Below, one piece after another: positions 55,952 to 64,000 of a DNA stretch of 64,000 nt. How positions within the stretch are numbered: the stretch's first letter is position 1; each line of letters starts with the position of its first letter. The DNA is from an uncultured Fibrobacterota bacterium. GTDB lineage: Bacteria > Fibrobacterota > OXYB2-FULL-49-7 > JAEUSG01. A program made the position numbers and the translations under genes. Location of the stretch: the NCBI GenBank assembly GCA_964590225.1, contig CAZPWS010000003.1, forward strand, positions 11,899 to 75,898, given 5' to 3'. The notes under the pieces are model-generated. The model did no database searches and was not told where the DNA came from. It worked only from the letters and a program-made list of their open reading frames with translations.

Positions 55952-58900
55952 TTAACGGTAATGGTCCTGGAGCGGTTTAACATCAATCGAAGATTCCCTC
56001 ATTTTCTTTAAAGCTTCCACCACCGCAGATGCAGCTCTTTTGGTCGTTACATAGGGAATACCCCTGTCAAGTGCCGTCCGTCTTATGGAAAATGAGTCTA
56101 ACATTGATTTTCGATCTTCGGATGTGTTAATAATAAAATCTATCTGTCCACTGCTTAGTAAATCGATGATATTTGGTTTACCGTCTGAAAGTTTAAGCAC
56201 GAATTCGGAAGGGATATTGTTTTTTACAAATTCTAGACTTGTGCCCCTTGTTGCGCAAATCGAAAAACCGAGTTTATGTAGCTCGCGTGCAAACTCAACA
56301 GCCTTTTCCTTGTCGCTATCTTTTACAGATATAAATACCTTACCTTTTTCGGGGAGCGTATTTCCAGAGGCCATTTGTGATTTGGCATAAGCCATGGCAA
56401 AGTTGCTGTCCACTCCCATAACTTCGCCTGTCGAAAGCATTTCCGGCCCAAGAACGGGGTCAACCCCTGGAAATTTAATAAACGGAAAGACCGCTTCCTT
56501 AACTGCAACATGCTTTACAACCTTCTCGTGTGTGAATTTAAGCTCATTGAGGGTTTTGCCGGCCTGAATTTTTGCCGCAAGTTTAGCCAGTGGAATGCCG
56601 ATTGTCTTTGAAACAAAGGGGACAGTCCGCGATGCCCGTGGATTAACTTCAAGTATGTATATGGCGTCGTCCTTTACCGCAAACTGGATATTTATTAGCC
56701 CTCTTACATCAAGCTCTTTTGCTAGTAGCACCGTTTGCCGTTTTATTTCTGCGATAACGGCTGGCTTTAAACTGACAGGTGGTAGCGAACAGGCAGAGTC
56801 GCCGGAATGGATACCGGCTTCCTCGATGTGTTCCATTACACCGGCAACAACCACAGTTGAGCCATCGCAAATCGCATCAACATCAACTTCAGAGGCGTCA
56901 TCGAGAAATTTGTCAATAAGTACTGGGTGTTCTGGTGAAGCTTCAAGGGCGCTTTCGAAACAGGCCATTAGTGATGATTCGTTATACACAACCTCCATTG
57001 CCCGTCCTCCAAGAACGAAACTTGGACGGATTAGAATAGGAAAACCAATTCTGCGAGCTATGGCGAGTGTTTCGTCGTAGCTTCTTGCGGTGCCGCTTTC
57101 GGGTTGTCTGAGTTGTAGTTTATCGATAACTTCTTTGAAAAGCTTGCGATCTTCTGCTCTGTCAATAGATTCAGGGCTTGTTCCAATAATTGGAACTCCT
57201 GCGTCCTTAAGTTGGTTAGAAAGCTTTAGCGGAGTTTGTCCGCCAAACTGAACTATCACGCCATCCGGTTTTTCTTTGTCAACAATGTTCATTACATCTT
57301 CAAAGGTAAGCGGTTCGAAATAAAGCTTATCTGAAGTGTCGTAATCGGTTGAAACTGTTTCAGGATTGCAATTGACCATTATCGATTCCACACCAATTTC
57401 TCTAAGCGCGAAACTTGCGTGCACACAGCAATAATCAAACTCAATTCCCTGTCCAATACGGTTAGGACCACCGCCAAGAATCATTATTTTTCTGCGAGGG
57501 TTTGGGTCGGCCTCGCATTCCTGTTCGTAGGTGGAATAAAGGTAGGGAGTATTGGCTTCAAATTCAGCTCCACAGGTATCCACTGTTTTATAAACTGGAG
57601 CAATCCCAGATTGTTTTCTTGTGTTGCGGAAATCCATCTCTTTAATGCCGTAGAGGGAAGCAAGATAGTTGTCGGAAAAACCATACTCCTTGATCTCACG
57701 AAGAAATTCCGGCGTTGGTAGCTCATTTTTGGCTGCGAGTTTCTTTAGCTCAATTTCTTTTTGAACAATTTGCTGTATGTTTGTCAAAAACCATGGGTCT
57801 ATACCTGTCAATGTATATATCTCATCAACTTGCAAGCCTCGCCTCAATCCCTCGGCAATGTACCAAAGTCTGTCCCAATAGGGTTTTTGAAGGCGTTCTT
57901 TCAGAAAAGAATCAGGTGTTCCGCTGTCTCTGTAAACGGGTTCAAGATGTTTATTGTCGAGACTAAATCTTCCGATTTCAAGCGAACGGATTGCTTTATG
58001 CAGAGATTCCTTGAATGTTCGACCAATCGCCATTGCTTCGCCTACCGATTTCATCTGCACTGTGAGCGTAGGGTCGGCCTTTTTAAACTTTTCAAAAGTG
58101 AATCTTGGAAATTTAACTACACAATAGTCAATTGTCGGTTCAAATGAGGCGGGTGTCTTTTTTGTTATATCATTTGGAATTTCGTCAAGCGTGTAGCCTA
58201 TGGCAAGTTTTGCAGCTATTTTGGCAATGGGAAATCCCGTTGCTTTAGAGGCAAGTGCGGAAGAACGGGATACTCTCGGGTTCATTTCAATAACATAGAG
58301 CTTGCCGTTCTTGGGATTAACGGCAAACTGTATATTTGAGCCGCCTGTTTCTACTCCTATTGCTCTGATTATTTTGAGTGCAGCGTCACGCATAAGCTGG
58401 TATTCTATATCTGTAAGCGTTTGTGCCGGTGCCACTGTAATAGAGTCGCCAGTATGTACACCCATAGGATCAAGATTTTCTATCGAACAGACAATCACAA
58501 CATTGTCTTTTTTATCACGCATAACTTCAAGCTCGTACTCTTTCCAGCCTATAACGGACTCTTCAACCAGAATTTGCCGCCTTGGCGAAAGGTTGAGTCC
58601 CCACTCGGCATACTTCTTGTACTCTTCCATGTTGTTAGCGATGTTTCCACCCATCCCGCCAAGTGTAAATGAGGGTCTTATGATGGCCGGAAAGCCAACA
58701 GTTTTTATTACGCTCATTGCCTCATCCATACTATGGGCCATGCCACTTTTGGGAACAAGAAGGCCAATGTCCTGAATAATCTTCTTGAACAGATCGCGCT
58801 TTTCTGCTTTATTAATGGATTCGAGATTTGCGCCTAACATTCGTACCTTGTGCTTTTTTAAGATGCCTCTTTCAGCAAGGGCCACAGCCATATTAAGCCC

Positions 58901-59182
58901 TGTTTGTCCGCCGAGAGTGGGCAGGAGAGAATCCGGCTTTTCTTTTTCAATAATTTTCTCAATTATTTCAGGGGTTATTGGTTCGACATAGGTTTTATCG
59001 GCAAGTTCAGGGTCGGTCATTATAGTAGCTGGATTACTGTTGATCAGAACGACTTCGATTCCTTCCGATTTAAGTACCTTGCAGGCCTGTGAGCCGGAGT
59101 AATCGAATTCGCATGACTGGCCGATAACAATAGGGCCGCTACCTATGATAAGAACTTTTTTAATTTTCGGGTCTCTTGGCAC
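55952..59182 (-). CDS. carB: carbamoyl-phosphate synthase large subunit
   Basis: 1076 aa with duplicated ATP-grasp halves ([22 protein letters not shown]... and [22 protein letters not shown]...) and a C-terminal MGS-like domain. Confidence 0.9.
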   Translation of the reverse strand: MPRDPKIKKVLIIGSGPIVIGQSCEFDYSGSQACKVLKSEGIEVVLINSNPATIMTDPELADKTYVEPITPEIIEKIIEKEKPDSLLPTLGGQTGLNMAVALAERGILKKHKVRMLGANLESINKAEKRDLFKKIIQDIGLLVPKSGMAHSMDEAMSVIKTVGFPAIIRPSFTLGGMGGNIANNMEEYKKYAEWGLNLSPRRQILVEESVIGWKEYELEVMRDKKDNVVIVCSIENLDPMGVHTGDSITVAPAQTLTDIEYQLMRDAALKIIRAIGVETGGSNIQFAVNPKNGKLYVIEMNPRVSRSSALASKATGFPIAKIAAKLAIGYTLDEIPNDITKKTPASFEPTIDYCVVKFPRFTFEKFKKADPTLTVQMKSVGEAMAIGRTFKESLHKAIRSLEIGRFSLDNKHLEPVYRDSGTPDSFLKERLQKPYWDRLWYIAEGLRRGLQVDEIYTLTGIDPWFLTNIQQIVQKEIELKKLAAKNELPTPEFLREIKEYGFSDNYLASLYGIKEMDFRNTRKQSGIAPVYKTVDTCGAEFEANTPYLYSTYEQECEADPNPRRKIMILGGGPNRIGQGIEFDYCCVHASFALREIGVESIMVNCNPETVSTDYDTSDKLYFEPLTFEDVMNIVDKEKPDGVIVQFGGQTPLKLSNQLKDAGVPIIGTSPESIDRAEDRKLFKEVIDKLQLRQPESGTARSYDETLAIARRIGFPILIRPSFVLGGRAMEVVYNESSLMACFESALEASPEHPVLIDKFLDDASEVDVDAICDGSTVVVAGVMEHIEEAGIHSGDSACSLPPVSLKPAVIAEIKRQTVLLAKELDVRGLINIQFAVKDDAIYILEVNPRASRTVPFVSKTIGIPLAKLAAKIQAGKTLNELKFTHEKVVKHVAVKEAVFPFIKFPGVDPVLGPEMLSTGEVMGVDSNFAMAYAKSQMASGNTLPEKGKVFISVKDSDKEKAVEFARELHKLGFSICATRGTSLEFVKNNIPSEFVLKLSDGKPNIIDLLSSGQIDFIINTSEDRKSMLDSFSIRRTALDRGIPYVTTKRAASAVVEALKKMRESSIDVKPLQDHYR

Positions 59183-59195
59183 TCTTTACCTCTCT

Positions 59196-60851
59196 CTATT
59201 CTTGTGTTAGAGGAACCCTTCCCAGCGCTGTTTTTACCATGTGCAGGAAAAAGGGATCCGGTCTTTCAAGTTTACTTGTTAATTCGGGATGAAACTGGCA
59301 TCCGATAAAGCATGGGTGCTCGGGCAATTCCATTATCTGCATAATTCGTTTATCCGCTGCTCTGCCGGAGAATACAATGCCTTTTGCTTCAAGTTTTTCT
59401 ATGTAGTCGGGATTTACTTCATACCTGTGGCGGAAGCGGCGTCTTACGCTGCTTTCAAGAAGAATCTTGTGGGCGACTGAATTATGCTTGATAATTACAT
59501 CGTGTCCACCAAGCCGCATGGTAGCACCTTTTTCTGTTACGGTTTTTTGTTCCGGAAGAATATCTATTACCGGATCCGATACCGTTTTACCATCGCTTAA
59601 AACTTCGGCAGTATTAGCGCCCTCGATACCGCAGATGTTTCTTGCAAACTCAACAACTGCAAGCTGCATTCCGTAACAGATGCCAAGAAAAGGGAGCCTA
59701 TTTTCCCTGCAATGGCGTATGATGTCTATTTTACCTTCAATGCCCCTTGCACCAAATCCACCCGGTACAATAACGCCATCAACTCCTGTAAGAAGGGATT
59801 CTGGCGTGGCCTTGCTCGACTCCATGCTATCTGTATCGATCCATTTTACCTTAACCTTTGCATCGAGCGCAGCACCGCAGTGGGCAAGAGCCTCAACTAC
59901 ACTCGCATATGAATCTTCGAGGGTTGTGTATTTGCCACAAATTGCAATTGTTACAGACTTACTAGCTGATTCAAGATTTCTCTTGATTGTTGTTACAAGT
60001 TCTCTCCACCTTTTAAGTTCCGGTGGGCTGTATATGCCGAGCTTTTTATGAAGTATAGCTACAAGGCCTTCTTCTTCGTATGCAAGTGGAACTTCATAGA
60101 CACATTTTACATCGGGTCCGGAGATTACCGCTTCGGTTTCGACATCGCAAAACAGAGCGATTTTTTCCTTGATTTTTGGTGATAGATATTCTGCACATCT
60201 CGCGATAATAATGTCCGGCTCTATACCAAGTTCGTTTAGTGCCTTGACGCTCATCTGCGTTGGTTTGGTTTTTGGCTCGTTTACGCCGCTTGGTATCGGG
60301 ATATATGTGAGGTGGACATAAACTATATCATTTGGCCCTACTTCGCGCCGTAGCTGGCGCACTGCCTCTATGTAAAATTGGTTTTCGAGATCACCAACGG
60401 TTCCACCTATTTCAACTATGGCAAGATCTGCTCCCTCATTCGAAACTGTCTGTCGTATCCACGATTTTATCTCATTTGTTACATGAGGAATGAACTGTAC
60501 CGTTTTTCCGAGGTAGTCGCCCCTCCGTTCCTTTTCGAGTATGGACTTGAAAATCTTACCCATAGTAAGATTCCAGCCGAATTTGCAGTCTGTTCCAATA
60601 AAGCGCTCATAGTGGCCGAAGTCCATATCAACCTCACCACCGTCGTCCAGAACAAAGACCTCTCCATGTTCAACGGGGTTCATTGTGCCAGGATCGGTGT
60701 TCAGGTATCCGTCACATTTTATTGGGACAATTTTTAAGTGAGTTGAAAGAAGTCTTCCGATGGAGGCAGAGGCTATCCCTTTGCCAAGTCCAGAAAGAAC
60801 GCCCCCTGTTATTACAATGTACTTCGGGGTTGTTGAGGACTTTTTTTTCAT
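59196..60851 (-). CDS. pyrG: CTP synthase
   Basis: KYIVITGGVLSGLGKGIASASIGRLL... N-terminus and the GATase GICYGMQ motif. Confidence 0.9.
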   Translation of the reverse strand: MKKKSSTTPKYIVITGGVLSGLGKGIASASIGRLLSTHLKIVPIKCDGYLNTDPGTMNPVEHGEVFVLDDGGEVDMDFGHYERFIGTDCKFGWNLTMGKIFKSILEKERRGDYLGKTVQFIPHVTNEIKSWIRQTVSNEGADLAIVEIGGTVGDLENQFYIEAVRQLRREVGPNDIVYVHLTYIPIPSGVNEPKTKPTQMSVKALNELGIEPDIIIARCAEYLSPKIKEKIALFCDVETEAVISGPDVKCVYEVPLAYEEEGLVAILHKKLGIYSPPELKRWRELVTTIKRNLESASKSVTIAICGKYTTLEDSYASVVEALAHCGAALDAKVKVKWIDTDSMESSKATPESLLTGVDGVIVPGGFGARGIEGKIDIIRHCRENRLPFLGICYGMQLAVVEFARNICGIEGANTAEVLSDGKTVSDPVIDILPEQKTVTEKGATMRLGGHDVIIKHNSVAHKILLESSVRRRFRHRYEVNPDYIEKLEAKGIVFSGRAADKRIMQIMELPEHPCFIGCQFHPELTSKLERPDPFFLHMVKTALGRVPLTQE

Positions 60852-60938
60852 CGCCTCTGTATTTATTGGTTCAGGTTCGACATAAAGTAGTTTTTTTATC
60901 CGATCGGTTGCAATACTTTTGATGGGTGATAAAGGGTA

Positions 60939-60967
60939 TTGACTTTTTTTTTCAAATTCATTATAAT
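60939..60967 (+). promoter_or_regulatory. sigma70-type promoter of groES (TTGACT - 17 nt - TATAAT)
   Basis: ttgact at 60939..60944 and tataat at 60962..60967, read directly. They lie immediately upstream of the CIRCE operator. Confidence 0.5.
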
Positions 60968-60974
60968 TTCACTA

Positions 60975-61001
60975 TTAGCACTCGTTTGTGGTGAGTGCTA
61001 A
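60975..61001 (+). promoter_or_regulatory. CIRCE operator (HrcA binding site), perfect consensus
   Basis: TTAGCACTC-gtttgtggt-GAGTGCTAA matches TTAGCACTC-N9-GAGTGCTAA exactly. It lies 46 nt upstream of the groES start. Confidence 0.85.
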
Positions 61002-61046
61002 CAAAAGATGTTAAAACCAACATAAACAAAAATAGGAGGCTTTTAA

Positions 61047-61328
61047 ATGAAGGTTAAACCGTTAGCAGACAGGATTGTTGTAGAGGCGCTTGCTGCTGAA
61101 GAAAAGACAGCTGGTGGTATCATCATTCCCGACAATGCAAAAGAAAAACCACAGCAGGGCAAGGTAGTGGCCGTTGGATCGGGCAAGGTTGAAGATGGTA
61201 AAAAGATCGAAATGGAACTCAAGGTCGGTGATACTATTCTGTACGGAAAGTATTCCGGAACCGAAATCACGGTTGAAGGTAAAGAATATCTGATCATGCG
61301 TGAGAATGATGTTCTTGCTAAAATCTAA
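61047..61328 (+). CDS. groES: co-chaperonin GroES
   Basis: [44 protein letters not shown]..., 93 aa. Confidence 0.9.
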   Translation: MKVKPLADRIVVEALAAEEKTAGGIIIPDNAKEKPQQGKVVAVGSGKVEDGKKIEMELKVGDTILYGKYSGTEITVEGKEYLIMRENDVLAKI

Positions 61329-61369
61329 TCACCAATTAAAGTAACAATAAAAAAGAAATTCAGGAGTAA

Positions 61370-63025
<1,656 letters not shown>

Positions 63026-63050
63026 TTTTCTGTTAGAAACTGTTAACTTA

Positions 63051-63100
63051 TTCCCCGTGAGGCTCCAACCGTTTTGGAATCTTGCGGGGAAGTTTTGTTT
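63051..63100 (+). terminator. putative intrinsic terminator after groEL (nested hairpin then T-rich run)
   Basis: ttccccg...cggggaa stem enclosing tccaa-ccgtt-ttgga, followed by gttttgttt. Confidence 0.4.
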
Positions 63101-63117
63101 ACGGAATCTGTGTGTAG

Positions 63118-64000
63118 ATGAGTGTTATAGTTCTAAACGATAGAGAACAAAGAGTACTTGAAACCATTGTCCGTGACTTTATGGTTATGGGGGAGCCTGA
63201 GGGGTCTAGAACCATTTCGCGGAAAAGTGGACTTGAATTGAGTGCTGCTTCTATCCGTAATGTAATAAGTGATCTTGAGGAAAAAGGATATGTCGAACCG
63301 TTGCATACCTCGTCTGGTCGTGTTCCGACGGATAAAGGGTATCGCTTCTATGTCGATTACCTTATTCGCATGTCAACCCTTACGAGCGAGGATAGAGACA
63401 AAATTGAGAGAGAGGTGGAGGCTACGGCAGGAAGCATAGATGAAATTGCAAAGGCAACATCTCGGATGCTATCATCGCTTACCTGTCAATTGGGCTTTGT
63501 TCTCTCACCCAGATTTGAGAGTGGGGTTTTCCGCCGTCTCACCGTAGCGGAAGTATCGGAGAGAAGATTTTTGCTGGTGCTTGCAATAGAGTCTGGTCTC
63601 GTAAATACCGTTGTTGCGGAGGTAGAATCGCCAATTTCTTCAAGAGAGCTTGATGATGCAGTTGCTTTTATCAACGAGAGACTTTCCGGTCGCCGTCTGT
63701 CCGACATCCAAAAACATCTTGCCGAAATGATCTACACTGATGATACCGACAAAACCGAACTTGTGAGACTTTTTGTAAGGAACTACGAAAATCTTTCTGC
63801 TTTTCCTGTTGATAAAATCATTCACTTGGCTGGTACTGCTAACATAATAAACCAGCAGGAGTATTTAAAGAAGGAAAACCTTGAAGCTGTGGTTGAACTT
63901 GTCGAAAATAAGGAAATGCTGATACATCTTTTTGAAAATAGAAAGAATCAGGATGGTGTTTACATAACTATAGGGGCGGAGAACTCCGATGGTGAACTGA
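63118..64000 (+). CDS. hrcA: heat-inducible transcription repressor HrcA, 3' end runs off the window
   Basis: MSVIVLNDREQRVLETIVRDFMVMGEPEGSRTISRKSGLELSAASIRNVISDLEEKGYVEPLHTSSGRVPTDKGYRFYVDYL is a canonical HrcA N-terminus. Open to the window end. Absent from the ORF track because it has no stop. Confidence 0.8.
   Translation, partial: MSVIVLNDREQRVLETIVRDFMVMGEPEGSRTISRKSGLELSAASIRNVISDLEEKGYVEPLHTSSGRVPTDKGYRFYVDYLIRMSTLTSEDRDKIEREVEATAGSIDEIAKATSRMLSSLTCQLGFVLSPRFESGVFRRLTVAEVSERRFLLVLAIESGLVNTVVAEVESPISSRELDDAVAFINERLSGRRLSDIQKHLAEMIYTDDTDKTELVRLFVRNYENLSAFPVDKIIHLAGTANIINQQEYLKKENLEAVVELVENKEMLIHLFENRKNQDGVYITIGAENSDGEL

Noticed and set aside
63486-63825. Two minus-strand ORFs (73 and 61 aa) at the right edge
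   Set aside because: They lie antisense inside the clearly recognisable plus-strand hrcA coding sequence. hrcA is missing from the ORF track only because it has no stop within the window.

Overview
This 64 kb window is a bacterial chromosomal segment. By eye it is moderately AT-rich and is probably from a Fibrobacterota-like anaerobe. Three proteins end in a type IX secretion C-terminal sorting domain, there is a TIGR02147-like paralog next to a lipoprotein gene, the [FeFe]-hydrogenase maturases HydE and HydF are present, and a CE15-like esterase is encoded.

The right half (about 26.2 to 64.0 kb) is a long, mostly minus-strand run of housekeeping genes: topA, argG, dxs-ispA-xseB, lnt, rsmI, lpxK, era, carA-purF-carB and pyrG. 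It ends with a divergent sigma70 promoter, a CIRCE operator, groES-groEL and the 5' part of hrcA.

The left half is accessory-like. It holds a GGDEF/GAF diguanylate cyclase. It also holds a three-gene, translationally coupled exopolysaccharide module: an inner-membrane HEAT-repeat protein, a PgaC/BcsA-type processive GT2 synthase with a QxxRW motif, and a small TPR plus beta-barrel outer-membrane protein. A decayed MFS transporter gene follows that module. A roughly 5.4 kb AT-rich island is bracketed by an imperfect direct repeat of about 200 bp that duplicates the convergent 3' ends of a hypothetical gene and holA. The island carries a Fic protein behind an array of GTGAA/TTCAC palindromes, a secreted tandem-rhodanese with a T9SS C-terminal domain, an IS91-type zinc-finger remnant, a TIGR02147-like gene plus lipoprotein, and a truncated AAA ATPase. 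Further right lie a FAD-oxidoreductase / M14-like / FAD-oxidoreductase / AraC locus, a 1539 aa C25 peptidase with a T9SS C-terminal domain, and a membrane-spanning AraC-type regulator.

Other points of interest are a hydF-hydE operon co-transcribed with an aspartase-like gene and an HD-GYP phosphodiesterase, and an in-frame RuvX-lipoprotein fusion. I recognised no rRNA, tRNA or CRISPR array.
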